Assembly: GCA_037379345.1 (NCBI GenBank)
Contig: CM074520.1
Span: 2,294,001-2,358,000, forward strand
Source: Perna viridis
Taxonomy: Eukaryota
Length of the DNA: 64,000 bases
Direction: 5' to 3'
Under the pieces are notes generated by a model. The model was not told the origin of the DNA. It did not search any database and saw nothing but the letters and a program-made list of their open reading frames with translations. A program made the position numbers and the translations under genes. Positions 23,378 to 37,551 of the stretch are shown here, one piece after another (the stretch's first letter is position 1; each line of letters opens with the position of its first letter).

Positions 23378-24995
23378 ATAAAATAGGTAAATTCTGCCTT
23401 TTCACATTGTTATTAATCAAATCAGGGAACCTGTAGTTATTGGTCATCATTGGGTTGTTGGCTATATCTTTGAGATTCCGTAAAACATTGTTGTACTGTG
23501 GAGATATCCAATTCCCATTGAATGTATCATAGACTCTTCCATCAAATATAACTAATTCTGTTATAGGATTATAGATGCCACCTTGGAAACCAAATACAAA
23601 CTGAAAACCGGGGTTTGAATCCAATTTACGTTTGCCAAAGGGGTCATAGATCATTTTTTTAATGATCTTGCCCTCTTTGTTGAAGATAATAAGTGGTGAG
23701 CCCATGGGATCAGTAGCAATATAGTAGAAAATTCCATTACGTTCCATGCCAAGCAGTTTTCCATCAGGATGGTACAAATATTGAGATAGTTCATTATTAG
23801 AATGGTTAAATGAATGTGTTATTTGATGTGGCTTCTCAACATTTGTATAGAAGAACTGCAAAATGCCACCAAAGTTATTGTCCAAACACTCCTCAATGAC
23901 AAGACGACCTTTAGTGTCATAGTAGTATAATATTCGGAATTCTGATTTTTTGGAGATCTTAACAAACTGTCCATTAGAATTAAATGAAACTTGCTGGTTG
24001 TGGCGAAGCACCAGAAAACCATCTTGGTCGTAAATATAACGTAGTTGTCCAGATTGTAATAGCCTATCACCACTATCATATTTCAGATTTCTGTTGACCT
24101 GATTACGCTCTGTTATTTTGTTTATATTTCCATTGTTGTCATAGCTATACCGCCATGTTGGTTGTCCATCTATAAATATATCAACTAGATTCCCATTGAT
24201 ATCATAAACATATTGATAATCTCGCTGTTCTTCAATACGCATACTCCAGTGGTGAATACGATTCATGGTGTCGTAGCCAATACTGAATTCTAAGACCTCC
24301 TTCTCACCAAACTTGTACTTCTTTGCATGAAGTCGGCTATAATCATCATATTCAGATGTAATGGTCATGTGACTATCACTTATTCTTTCAGAGTCAACCA
24401 ATGGCCAATCTATTTTAAAGTTTTTCAGTTTTATTAACCTTCCAGTATTAGTATCATACTCTCGATTACAAGTTGTTGTAAAGTTTTTACCAAACTGAGT
24501 TTTCATCTCTGTCAATCTGAAACTGTTATCATACATGTAAGAAGTGACAGCAGCTGTCAAGCGACTGTCCCTAGCAAAGTCTATGCGATATTCTTTGGTC
24601 AAAGTTCCCATATAGCGGAAATGTTCCATCGCACTGTATGCATTGTTCCTAATCTCACCACTTTTCAATCGTGAAATATGATCATCATACTCAAACTGAA
24701 TATTAGTTTCATCGAAAAATATTTCTTTTGGTTGAGCATACATGTTGTACTTGTACACAACTTTCCTTTGCTCACTAGGATAAAGTACCTGTAATAACTT
24801 CCCATTACCATCATACTCCTCGATATACGGAAATTCCAGTTCTGGAATATGGTAAAGATAGCGCTGAACTCCTAGAGTAGTTATCTTACTGAAGTAGTGT
24901 TTACCAAGACCTGGAGTACGGAGGAATCTGATGTTGCCTTGGTTATCATAGTCAAGTAGATACTGCAGACCACTAGGCATCAAAATGTCAGTTGG
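23378..24995 (-). CDS. Ten-m: Teneurin exon (YD repeats/RHS core)
   Basis: YYIATDPMGSP, FGFQGGIY; ctgcag acceptor, T|GTAAGT donor. Confidence 0.95.
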
Positions 24996-25308
24996 CTGCA
25001 GAAAATAAAGTAATATAAACCACATGTCCCATTAATTCATACTTAATGGTAAATACTAGCACATTAAATAACAGATCCCACAGGAACAACTTGTAAAACC
25101 TCAAAATCTTTGTGGATTTTAATCAAATCACTTAGAATGATTCTGAATTGTTGTGAATTTTACAAACTTTTACAACCCAGAAAGTTAAAATAACAAAATC
25201 ACAATTAAATTATTACTTTCCAAACAAAAAACAAAAATCCCCCGCCCAAACAAATTTCAGGTAAAAATGTCAACAATTTTCAAATCTTCATATTAATACT
25301 GCACTTAC

Positions 25309-25611
25309 CCTACTGCCATATCTGTAACGGAAGACATACTTAGCAGCTGACGATGACACACGTTCCTGCAGCAGTCCTTTACCTGTATAACTTCTCTGCT
25401 CTTTGATCTCACCATACTGCCACGTAGCGATTTGACCATCCTGTCTGTAGGAAATGTTTAATGCATGATGTCCATTGGCTGGTTGGAAGCTTAATGGGAG
25501 GCCAGAGTTGTCATAGTGGATTTTAATGATTTCTTGAAGGTCACGCTTCATGATAGTCTCAACATGTGATTCAAGGTCATATTGAACAGTCAGTAGATTT
25601 TCACCATTAAT
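25309..25611 (-). CDS. Ten-m: Teneurin exon (YD shell)
   Basis: INGENLLTVQYD...YRYGSR; phase 0-0. Confidence 0.93.
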
Positions 25612-27562
25612 CTGCAAGGGGAACAACTCAAATTTAAAAGTGGGGAGATGATAATTTAGTCTCCCAACCTAGACTTATCATTCCTTGAAATAGTTTGATT
25701 TTTTTTTTTACATTTTTTAAATGATATTTAAGCACTAAATTTCTTAAATAATTCTGATTTTTGACAAGAGATGTTAACATTTTAGACAAATCTTCAGCAC
25801 ATTAATTGTATGAAAATAAAACCACAAGTTTCTTAAAAGTTTATTAGATATTAAATGATAAACTAGTAAAGCAGAAACTAAAATAAAAAAAAATATTCTA
25901 CTTTCAAAAGTGTTAATCCCACATTAAATCATATTGAAAAATAGTTTTGGTTTCCATGCTTAACAGTGGGGTAAACTTCAAATGTATTAAAACCTGAAAA
26001 AATGAACACAATTTAATTATTAAACAGTAATTCCAAAAAATGTCACATGCTTAATATGAACAATATATAACTTGGGAAGATATATATATAGATGGCTAAA
26101 TTTGAATATCTACTTTAGATCAATGTTATGCAACATAAAATATAATTCTACATGAATAAAATAATAATAAAACATAGATTTGAAAAAAAATTCATGCATA
26201 CAAACTTAATGGTTTCAAAATATCACTCTGTTGCCATAGTTACCAAGAACAGCAGTGCTCTAGTGAAAAATCTAAAATTGGGTCACTTTCAGAGAATGAC
26301 ATTATTGTATAGTAACTGAATTTGTGGTGAAAGCAGAGAGTGATAGCTAGCTCAGCCATTACATTAGGAAAGGATGACAGTATGTTTTATGACAAACTGT
26401 TAAGGAATTATACCACATCTTTAACTATTCCTGTCAAGGTAGAATTCTGCCTTACAATATAGGTCTGATTTCTTGATTATTGAGCACCAATGTGTTTTTT
26501 TTGTTTGTTGTTGACCGAATAAAACAGGTATTCCATAATAAACAATGTTATTATGTAGGGCAGAATATTACCTGGAGCACTGTGACTGATTAGTATATCA
26601 CAAGTACATTGTACAACTCTCTTTTCAATTTGCCATCAGCATGGATCTGCTTAATATAATATCCTGATATGGATAAAGTGATGAGCTTCAGAGAGTAAGC
26701 ATAATTTAAAGAAGGGTGAAGCAATAGGTGGTACAGATTGACTGACATTCTTGTCAATATATCCCCAAAGTATCAATACAGACTATAGAGTTACTGATTG
26801 TAAGAGGACGAATATGCAGCTGTGAAGCTAGTAGTCTTGAATGTTCATTACAAGACATGAGGAACAAGTCAAATTTTATCGAGCATAATGCAGTGCTCAG
26901 ATAATATAAGTCTTTTAATATGAAGGAATATAAGGCAGTATAATAAGGATAAAATTGTGTCACATGATAAAATGATTTGTCTGCATTCCAGATATACAAC
27001 CAATCAGTTCTTGGCAAGTGCTCAAGATATAAAGTTGGCCAGACAAAACTTACTACAAATATCATGTTGATCATCTAAGTAAAAATGTCACTACTAAGAA
27101 AAATTAACTATTACATTGGAACACATACATGTAGAAAGATCCTGATAAAATTGCATGTACATCAGAAAATAAATGCTGGTAAAATGATCAAGAAATACTA
27201 ACTATATCCACAAGAGGAAAACCTTTTCCCTTACTGTATTCCTATTCAAAAATTCATGAACTGGACAAAAATACTAATGCTACCCAACTCCAAAGTATAC
27301 TGAGGAAAAAATCTGCCAGAAGTATTTCTAAATATATCCTCTCTAACATAAACAAACAGATATATACACAGCATGTGATATACATAATGATCAATCTATA
27401 TATAGACAATAAAAGCTCAGAGGGAATCTACTGGAGCAGATGACTGTTGTCATGGTTACAGGCGGGAAGGACATGTAAATAACGTACCAGGAGGGCTTTT
27501 CCTTTCGCAGCGTCTCCATGCGTGTCATGCATACTTGCATGCCGTGAGAAGGAGTCTCCTAC

Positions 27563-27810
27563 CCGCATCCTGTTGCCTATGCGTTCTGGTTTGCGTGGAC
27601 GAGATCGTCCTTTAGAAGAACGCTTATAGAACCTCCACTCCAGTTTGTGGACAAGTTTACCAGGCATGATGACTTTCCTTTTGAAATGCATCCTGTGTTG
27701 GTTGTCAAGGATTGGATGTTCACCTGATTCCACAGAGATGGACATGTTGCTAGGGAACACCACTACTACAGTGCCATCTGGTAGATATGTAACCTTGGTT
27801 TCAGCAGGAC
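27563..27810 (-). CDS. Ten-m: Teneurin exon (YD shell)
   Basis: PAETKVTYLPDG...HKLEWRFY...IGNRMR; phase 1-0. Confidence 0.92.
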
Positions 27811-29379
27811 CTGGAATAAAAACAAAGAATATTTAAAAGTTTTTCAGGATTTTGATGGTTTAACTTTGACTTCCAAACATATCAATGATTGAACATTTTA
27901 TACTTTATACTGAATCATTCAAAACATTACAAATTTTGCTCTGTTTTCTCTATCTATAACAACAATTTTCTTTATCAAATATAAATACATTTTAAGTTGA
28001 ACAAAATAAAGTGAATGCTCCAGTTACTTGATTGTACCAACTGTCCTGAAATATAAAATCTAGCATCATCTACACAGCTACAAAACTTCTACTCAGAAAG
28101 AAAAAAAAACAAAAAAAAAACAGATTTTTATATTTTTATGACTGGATTTCAGGAAATATTACACCAAAAAAACCCATTTAACAAAAATACAAATTCTTAC
28201 TTAACCCTCCAATACCAATCAAAATGTATATTCCACATGCAATTTAATAAGAAGAGTTATTGGCCTTTTCCCAAATTTTATCTCATTAGTTGACTATGTC
28301 ATGCTATACATTTTTTCAAATTCCAAGGATTAGACCATACATTTTGGAACTCTAATGCATCAAGAAGTCATTTAATTTGAAATAAAAAACTTAGGTAAAA
28401 TAAAGCTATTTAGAATAAATTTTTGTGCATTAAAATATCGATAGTGCAGTTATTTCTAATACATTAAGCAATCACTCTAAGGAAATGAGAGTTCCAGGAT
28501 GGGTAAAATATTCTTGATAAGAAGGCAGCCATGAAGCATTTCAGATACTGGTAGTTGCTTAGTACTGATGCAAAAACCAGAGTACATGTAAACTTTTTAT
28601 AACATCTTTTTTTACCCTTCAATCATTATCAAATACACACAGAAGATAGAATATAGAAAGGTCAAGTACAAGGGGACAACGACAAATTCTGTTGTCAGAA
28701 ATTAAGTTGACTGAAAAATAAAGATACTGCACAAAGAAGCGAAATACTCTAGCAGTTTTCATTAGTATACTGAGCGACAAAAAAGCATCTAGGAGTATAT
28801 ATAAATGATAAACCAATATTACTACTGAACTAAACAGTTACCGTTTTGTGTGAAAACTGAAAAGGGAGGAAAAATATAAATTGATTGTATCATCTATATA
28901 GGTTCAATTTAGAGTTAGCAGAACATGATTGATTTTGAAGGCCATAATATTCTGTTTCAATTTTATAGATCAGTTTATGAACCAATCATTTGTATGTACA
29001 TGTATTGATAAAATTGTTTTCAAAGCTTAGGTAATCAACCTAAAGAAATGTTATATCTGACTATTGAAGAGAAAATCCTACTTAAATGTAAGCCTTCCAA
29101 ATGAACTACCATATCAGCTAACTTCTTAATTAAACCTTTGCTATGTTATTATAGGAGCCTTTAAAGACTAACTTCAAATTGGAACAAAAATTCTATCAAC
29201 TGCTACAGGTGTATTGTGTATTTGCAAGGTTATAATGAAAGCATGAAAAGCCTAAAATTTGCAATATTTTGCTGATGTCCTATAATTAACAGTCTTATAG
29301 GATATATATATGTACAAAGATTATCATATGTAGCAAAAATTGAAAATAAGGAATAAAAAACTTGGTGATTAAGTTTTAC

Positions 29380-30451
29380 CATGCATGACAGACTGGACAC
29401 TGCCATAAGTTGCCATGGCAACAGCATCAGTTCCATCAGTGGTGATGTGGATAATTGAACCAGTTGTGTTTACATCTGTAGTAATCTGAGTTACCTCCCC
29501 TGTTGGCTGCTGAATTTCCTGTACTCTGCCCATGTCATTATAAGAATAGATGTAAGTTCTATTAGCTAAGAACTTTGATGTGAGAAGTTCTGATGTCTCT
29601 TCATATTTAAATACAGCTGTATTGTTACCAGGGGATATAAATTTCTGAAGATTATTCATATTATCCATAGAAACCTCACACCTAGAGTTGTCAGGTGACC
29701 ATATTTCATTGGCAGACATCTTGTAGTTATATTTAACTTCAATTTTGTTTCCAGCATCATCCAAAATGTTTTCCAGTTTGCCATGGAATGAATTAACATT
29801 ATATGTGAAGTTGTACAAGAATTGATTTGTCATAATGTTGACTGTGTGCTTATGCTGTCCAAAATGGTTGAAGACATAAATTTCTTCAGTTTCAGGGGAG
29901 ACGACTACATACTCCCCAATGTTGTTCTGTGATGGAAGTTTTGACATGATCGAAAAGACTCGTAAGTTTCCAGCATCTCCAATGTGTACAATTCCATCTG
30001 GTGTCACTGTGATAGAAGTCAGTTCTTTAAACAGGGCCTGGGCTGCTAATGTTTCCTCAGGCTTATAACATTTACACCTCTCGTTTTGGCAATCACACTT
30101 GGATTTCATACCAGCAAAGTGATGAATCATACCATCTGAGGTCACCACACGTACACGGTTAATATGGTGAGTATCACTCTCAATCACATACAGTTCTCCT
30201 TGGTTACCAAAAGCAATGCTCTGAGGGTTGACCAGGGTAATATCAGTTGCTATGCCAGATGCCTGGTCATTGTCAGGTAGCACTCCTGATGGAAGAAACT
30301 CCTGTGCATTGACTGGACAATTAATGGAACGGCCAGCAATTGTAATGAGGTTGTGATCCTTTGTCATCTTCATGATGACGTTTTTGTCAAGGATGTGAAG
30401 TGTGTCATCGAGTGGGTCAATGGCAAGGTCAGTTGGCCACTGTAACCTAAC
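29380..30451 (-). CDS. Ten-m: Teneurin exon (NHL end, YD shell start)
   Basis: VRLQWPTDLAIDPLDDTL...SKCDC...SVMH; phase 0-1. Confidence 0.95.
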
Positions 30452-31105
30452 CTGAAAAGGTCAAAGATCCAAGATTAAGTGTATAGTCAAAAATGATCAG
30501 TAATATTTTCATGGCCAAGGAACTATAACACTATATACATGTAGCATATTATCATGAACTGAGTGCACAGAACACAATGTAATGAAACTTACAATTTATA
30601 ATGAAATTAGAAAACCATAACCTATGAAATCGGTTTTACATACTGAATATCTGTGCTTATTGATTTGTGTTAGAAAACAGGGGTTCTGAAATAGTGCAGG
30701 AAGAAACACTTTTGTGCTTAAACAACATTTGATACACATCATCTGAGTGTATAGATATTTCAAAAGTATGTGCTGTTTAGAAAGGGAAATATGCAGTGAA
30801 TTACTTACTTCTGAATGTAACTAAAATAATGAGTTCCTCATGTATAAAAGCATTTAGAATATTTGTGTCCAATTACCAAGATCTAATAATTCATTGAACT
30901 TATTTTATCATTATTTTCACTATCAGCTATCATACAAAAATGAATATTACAGATTAAAGAGGTAAGTATTTAAGGCTTTTATTGATTTTAATTTTTTTTT
31001 GTACATAATATTGCAATTACACCTTATGTAAAAATGGTACTTATTTAAACACAACCAAATATTTGAGGATTTTTAATGTAATGGATGGTTCATTTTCTTA
31101 AATAC

Positions 31106-31263
31106 CTTATCAGCTGACTGACTGGTTCCACAGTCCATGGGCTCCCATGCCATAGACTGGGCCTCTGAATTGATCAGAGTGTGGATCTTCCCATCTGGTG
31201 TAATCTGTCGAATGTTTAAGTTGTCAGCTACATATATAATACCATCCTTACTGATAGCTATCC
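31106..31263 (-). CDS. Ten-m: Teneurin exon (NHL)
   Basis: IAISKDGIIYVADNLNIRQITPDG...PMDC; phase 1-0. Confidence 0.93.
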
Positions 31264-31650
31264 CTGTAAATATTGTGTAGATTAAATCTTCAAGAAGGTC
31301 ACTTTGTGAAGGTATTTAAAATTGTTTTTTTCATGGGTTCTGGAATTCTGGAATGGGAATTAAACAACCAAGCAGAGTGATCTCTCTTTGCACAGTCTCT
31401 GTTAAAGTTGTTTGATATTTCATTCGTGTATGAAGTACTGTAAATCAATCATTCTTAAAGATACTTATTTTAACATTTCAATTCATTTTTTCATAATGTA
31501 TACTTTGTGTAACATGTTCTTCATAATGAAAGAAATTGTTCTCAGTGATTTATTTTTGAGGTATGTTCCTGCTCGAGAAATAAATTTAGTCGCAAATGAA
31601 AATAAGTTCTTTTTTCATTATACCCTAATTTGTTATAAGAAAATATTTAC

Positions 31651-31886
31651 CTTTAGGCCGAACCAGTCTAGCATTCTTAGCTAACTGACTATCTCCACAC
31701 TTGTCTAGGGACATAGGAGGACACTCCTCCCCAGTTCCTGCAACCACTTCAAAGTTACTTTTTAGGTCTTTGACTGGACCCATTGTAGCAATCCTGATGA
31801 TACGATACTTCATGTAGTCAGAGATGTATAGACGACCATCAACAGGACTTACTGTCATGTAGGGTTTGTGAGAGGTGGAAATGGAA
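31651..31886 (-). CDS. Ten-m: Teneurin exon (NHL)
   Basis: SHKPYMTVSPVDGRLYISD...VAGTGEEC...PK; phase 2-1. Confidence 0.93.
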
Positions 31887-32875
31887 CTATCAAGAAAGAG
31901 GTAAATTGTCAGGTATTAGAATTTAAATATTGTAAAAAAAGGATTGCTAGTTTTAACTGTGAATGCATTTTCTCTTTTCATACTACATTTTACTACATGT
32001 AACAACATAATGACACTATAATGATCCTTGAACTGTGTTAAAAGTATTTTTAATATTTCAAGGCATTATTTATCATCTGTAAAACATGAATCTATAGACA
32101 ACTATGTACATTTATATCCTGACAGTGGCACACACTCATATCACCACCAGTAGAAGGTCTGTACACAACAGTTTCAATGTGACAACAGTAGTTGTACATA
32201 TACTTATCATTTATGGACTTTTTACAAAGTCAATACGTTATATATGAACCTGTTCAGATTATATAGACCAAGGACAAAGTCTGAGGTCAATATAATCTAA
32301 CAAGTTCATATAAAATGTATTGACTGAGTGAAAGTCCTTCATTTATATATTACATATGTAGATAATGTATTTTCATTTTGTCTGCTTTGTTTGCAGTGCT
32401 TCCGTCATGATTGGCTGAGAGTAATTATGAAACTGAATGGTTTATATCTGGATCTAAATTTAGAAGTATAGCCTCAATATACATATAAATAGAAACAAAG
32501 CCTCAATATATTTAAAAATAAAAACTAGGCTTCAGGTACATTGAATACCCTTTGAATCGCATGATCATGATAACCAAGGAAAAAAGAAGAATGTTACACC
32601 CTATGTAATATTGTAATATATTAATATGTACTGTGCTGTGGGGATTTTTATGTATTTTAGCAGTCTGTCTAAAAACACAAAAAATAATTCTGCATAATAA
32701 AGACTTTTGGCTTCAGAACTTAGTGTACCACTAAGCATCTGCAAAAATTAGAATCCCTAAAATTTGTTTATACCTTTTATCCTCAAAATTGTCAATTTTT
32801 TCATCTGCCTTTCAGCATTATCTTTGATATATTTTGCTTAAGAAAAAGATGCTGATCAGTTTTGGAATAAAATAC

Positions 32876-33128
32876 CTAGTTTCAAGTATACTGGCAATAT
32901 CATCTCTGCCTGGAGTAACCTTTCTGATAAAGTTATGATCCCAAACATACAGGCTTCCATCACGACCACTGGCCATCGCTATTGGCAACAACAAGCTGTT
33001 GTCAAGGGCTCTACCATTACATGTACTACAGTCAGGTTTCCGTTGGAGGCCATTGCCAAGTATGTTCACCAGTTCTTGAGGTTTCTCTTTTAGGTATATA
33101 TTAGTACCATCTCCTTTGTGCAGGATAC
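32876..33128 (-). CDS. Ten-m: Teneurin exon (NHL start)
   Basis: ILHKGDGTNIYLK...DGSLYVWDHNFIRKV; phase 1-2. Confidence 0.93.
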
Positions 33129-33717
33129 CTACAATGGCATATTACAGAATATACTAAAAATACTAATTAAATTGGAATCATGACACTGATAATTGATCTT
33201 TACCATTTTAGAAACAAAATCCATTTTTTAATATAATTCACATTGCGCAAGACTGTATATCAAAATGGCTGAAATATTGCAGACAAACAATATAATGCCA
33301 GTTTTTAACAACTTGAAAGAACACTCGCCCTTTTGATCTCATCGTTATATTTTGCATTATTCTGTTTTTAAGTTAGTGTCATTGGTACTACCACCAGTAT
33401 ATTCATGCTGCAATGGAAGAGGGAGGTTTGGTGCGTTGTAAAGCCTAGATTTCACCCACCATTTCATCTGAAATTTATCTACCAAGTAAGGACCAGTGTG
33501 GTACTCCAGTAATGTAATATATATTTTGTCAGATACAATTTGGGTTTGATTATGGATCTGATGAGTGTTAAATTATTTTGTTGTTACCCTTATTCAAAAG
33601 TATAAAACTCTGTTTCTCCTTATGTTTTTCAATTCTGTCAGTTTTTATCAATCAAAACTTATATTCCTATACTTAAAGAAAAACAACATCTTTCTCCCAT
33701 AATACAATTTAACGAAC

Positions 33718-33858
33718 CTTCCTGGAAGTTATATGTATGGTGGATATCCAAGTTCCATCCACCAATGCCTGATGAGGTCATATCAAATCCACTCATGGTT
33801 GTACTTCGGCTCTCCCAGAAAATATAATCACATCCAGTGTACTGGTACCCAACATTAA
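33718..33858 (-). CDS. Ten-m: Teneurin exon (FN-plug)
   Basis: VGYQYTGC...GGWNLDIHHTYNFQE; phase 1-1. Confidence 0.93.
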
Positions 33859-34127
33859 CTGCAAGAAAAATAGCATATTTCAACAGTCTTTATGAAATAT
33901 TATAAGTAAGTTGAGAATTTTGGTATAGAAGAAAAGATTTGGGGAAAATTTGCTTGATGGAATAACAGTTTAATACACACAGTTCAACTGATAAAAGTGA
34001 GACCAGAAAATATATACTTCATAAATAAAGAGCTAAATATACAATTTGATATACATTAGTACAGCAAGTGTACATTTGAATTTTCAACTTTAGATCTTTT
34101 AAACATAAAGAAGTAGAGAATTCCTAC

Positions 34128-34395
34128 CTCTAGCTGGAACGATTCCATAAACCTTCTGGTTATAGGCATTTTTCCTATCCCAAGAAAATGTGTACTTCAG
34201 TTCAGGATCAGCCTCAAACATCTTCTGCATAGAGTTACCCTCAACAGAAACCTTAAGATGGACAAGGGCTAGGTTAGAGGGAATGGTATCAGGGGTCATC
34301 TGGATGAGAATGACTGATTTATAACCTATGGCATCACTGGAGTGGTAGACAAGGTGAACATCGGTACCGGGAATCTCTATACTCTCTTGTAAAAC
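34128..34395 (-). CDS. Ten-m: Teneurin exon (FN-plug)
   Basis: VLQESIEIPGT...WDRKNAYNQKVYG; phase 0-1. Confidence 0.93.
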
Positions 34396-34931
34396 CTGAA
34401 ATTTGGAGATTTATAAGAGACTAGATGCATTCTTCTGAAAATTATCAAATTGTGTGAGTCATTTCAATAGCATGGAAAGATAAATGTAATAGATCATAAG
34501 TTTAGAGGACAAAAAAAAAGCTTCATCATGGCACCAGTCAACATCAACAAAACACTGACCATTAGAAATTTACTTAACAAGACAAGTTTATCTCTTTAAT
34601 CATTATATTGATCTCCCAAGTAACATGGAAAATGAAATCAGGAAGTTTTATGCCTAATGAAACTATTCTCAAAAAGGTTAATTAATTTTGAACATAATAG
34701 AAACTTTCATTACAGAAGAAATCTTCATTAGTCTTTGAATCTATTGATTACAATGGAATGTAAAATAATTCAAAACTTGAAGGATACCATTGTCCATTAA
34801 TTTTTTCACGAAAAAAATATTGATTCACCATAAACTAATATAACTTTTTTTCACTATTTTAATATTAATTTTCAATTGGTTCTTTGCTAACAATTTCCAT
34901 GACAAGGTTCCTTTTAACTTCTCTTATATAC

Positions 34932-35217
34932 CTGGGATTCTGGAATCAGTGTGCTTTTCTCTGGGCATGCTCCAAGCTGTGTGTGTTGCCATGTCGACAG
35001 AACAACTGGTTTAAGGTTGTAGTAATCATGGATGACTCCACAAAGTTTTGGATCTGGGATGAAGGTGTTGCTAAGTTGAGAGGTCAGATGCATAACAACT
35101 GACTCCATGGTAACAACCTGATTCCAGGGAACCAGAACACTGATCTTCTTGGTAATGAAGGGTAAACGGGTGAATTCCAAGGTGACTGAACCTCCTCCGT
35201 TAACAAGAATATCAAAC
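34932..35217 (-). CDS. Ten-m: Teneurin exon (TTR/Ig-like)
   Basis: FDILVNGGGSVTLEF...VPWN...IPESQ; phase 2-0. Confidence 0.92.
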
Positions 35218-35618
35218 CTTGAAACAGAAATATAATTGAATACAGTAAGGGTTTTCTGTAGCAAAAATTCTTTTAAAAATCTAAATGCTTCAAAAAATTT
35301 ATCTATAAAACACTTCTTCACCAACAGCTTCGATTTTTCACCTAAGAACGGCCATAATATTCTTATGACTTTATAAGTATTTATAAAACTGCCGGTTCAG
35401 TGTTTGTATTAGCATGAAAAAATGATGGAATGATAAAAATATGACATAGATAAAACTACTTTGTGGACTGAATAAGAATAATAATACTCTCTTTTTCCTA
35501 CTTCAATAAATGAAATAAAATGAAAGTTAGGTTTTAAGGTAAAATATCTTGTTTTAAAGGCTGATACACATTATGCTGTATAAGAGTTGCCTCCCCTTTC
35601 TTTAATCTATTCACTTAC

Positions 35619-35738
35619 TGTCCACCTCTTCTAGTCATAGTGTGTCCGTACAGGGGTTGTCGAGTGACTGTTACCCTGACACCCAGTAGTGGTGTACCAT
35701 CTCTAGTGAAGACAGAACCTCTGATCACTGAAACTTGA
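35619..35738 (-). CDS. Ten-m: Teneurin exon (TTR/Ig-like)
   Basis: QVSVIRGSVFTRDGTPLLGVRV...YGHTMTRRGG; phase 2-2. Confidence 0.92.
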
Positions 35739-35869
35739 CTGAAAAATACAAAATATTAAAGTTAAAGGACAGAGACCATCTGAAGAAACATATTTATGTA
35801 CATGGATTGATTTACTGTATGACAGATAGTTCATGCATTAGAAAAGAATATTTAATAAATCCAACAGTT

Positions 35870-36100
35870 TCCTTCTTTTATCACTCCAATGTTACTGAGC
35901 TGAATGTTAGTCTTTTAGCAGACAGAAGTGACAGCCCACGGGAAGGTGTGTCAACTCTCTCAGACAATAATTTTGACTCTTAGCCATCTTGTCATCATAT
36001 GCTGTATGTAACAGTGACTACAAATTTCAGACTTTCAATGACTGGCTGAAGTTTGAACCGACAGTAGACCCATGACCTCCTATACTCCACTGTAAAACCA
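35870..36100 (-). mobile_element. Degenerate V-domain-like SINE
   Basis: B-box-like GGTTCAAAC followed by GGCTAAGAGTCAAAATTATTGTCTGAGAGAGTTGACACACCTTCCCGTGGGCTG, resembling a V-SINE core. Confidence 0.5.
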
Positions 36101-36135
36101 CTGAGGTAATATTAACACATTATAACTGGTCTTGT

Positions 36136-36470
36136 CTGTAGTACTGATAGATTTACTTGGTTTCTGTAGTCCTGACCGATTTGCTTGGTTTCTGTAGTAC
36201 TGATAGATTTACTTGATTTCTGTAGTACTGACCAATTTGCTTGGTTTCTGTAGTACTGACAGATTTGCTTGGTTTCTGTCGTACTGATAGATTTGCTTGG
36301 TTTCTCTTGTATCAATAGATTTGCTTGGTTTCTGTCATACTGACTGATTTGCTTGGTTTCTGTCGTACTGATAGATTTGCTTGGTTTCTGGAGTACTGAC
36401 AGATTTGCTTGGTTTCTGTTGTACTGATAGATTTGCTTGGTTTCTGTAGTACTGATAGATTTAATTGGTT
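36136..36470. repeat. 28-bp minisatellite, ~12 copies
   Basis: TGATAGATTTGCTTGGTTTCTGTAGTAC. Confidence 0.92.
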
Positions 36471-37551
36471 AAGACATTGGATTTAACAAATTAATATAAT
36501 AAAGGACGTTAAAATGCATCGAAATCAAACAGATTCTGAATTCAATCAGGATTTATAGGAGTTTAAGACGACATTTACTTCCATTTTGGCAAAGCAAGGT
36601 CAATTGGGGACAACAGATAGAAGATCTGAGACTATTACTGATCATGTTTTCTTCAAGTCCAAAATTCTTTATGTTTCAAATACAAAATCATAGACATGTT
36701 TACACCAGATTCCATATACAAGTAAAGGGCAATTGTGAAAGTCATCTATTATCTCAGTCAGCAGATCTGACTATAAACTTGTATGATTAAAGTTGAATAT
36801 CCCACTTTTCTAAAACAAAAGAATACAGAGACAAATTGAATATCAATCCTCCCACTCAGCAGCTGCTTTTAACTTTCTTGTACCTACAAGTTACATGATT
36901 AAAACCGTCTCATCTACTGATCGTAGACAATAAAATTAAGTCTACGCTGCTGAGAACAATATTATACAATTACACAATGTACAGTATTTCAATCAGCATT
37001 TATCTCCTCACCAGAAACAAAGAAAATCATTGACAACATAAACAGCGATAAAATGTACATACAGTTTGTGTTTTATTCATCATTAATGACAATAGATAAT
37101 AGTTTCTATCTACATAGTCTGTGTATTTAATTAAATTCCCGCTAACTCTAACAACAGGAATAGACAATAAGAACATTTCTGTTCCTAATTCAATCACATG
37201 GAGATCGAAAAAAGAGGGAAAATGACACTTGTAGGATGTGTGACAAAGAACTGAGGCACCCCTTCGGCAGATTTTAGATACTATCATCAAATGAGAATGG
37301 AATTGAATTCAGCTGTACTTTTATCAACATGAAATTTTTTTTCCAAAGAAGGCAAAAAGCCGTCATGCCTTGAGATTTTATCAAACCTCCAGATTATATC
37401 TCTCTGTGAAAAAAAAATCCATTTGTAGGACGACAAAAGAAGAATTCTAAATTAATATACATATATATATCATGTTAGTATTTTGTTTTGAGACCCAAAA
37501 ACTTGAGAAAAAGTAAAGGTTCCAAATTGATAGAGGTTTCAATTTTAAGGA

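Noticed and set aside
23378-24995. RHS/YD toxin-like ORF as bacterial contamination or recent HGT
   Set aside because: It is a spliced exon of teneurin; the bacterial ancestry of this module is ancient and known
31887-32875. Microexon equivalent to the vertebrate NHL beta-propeller splice insert
   Set aside because: The intron position matches, but I found no frame-preserving segment with credible splice sites
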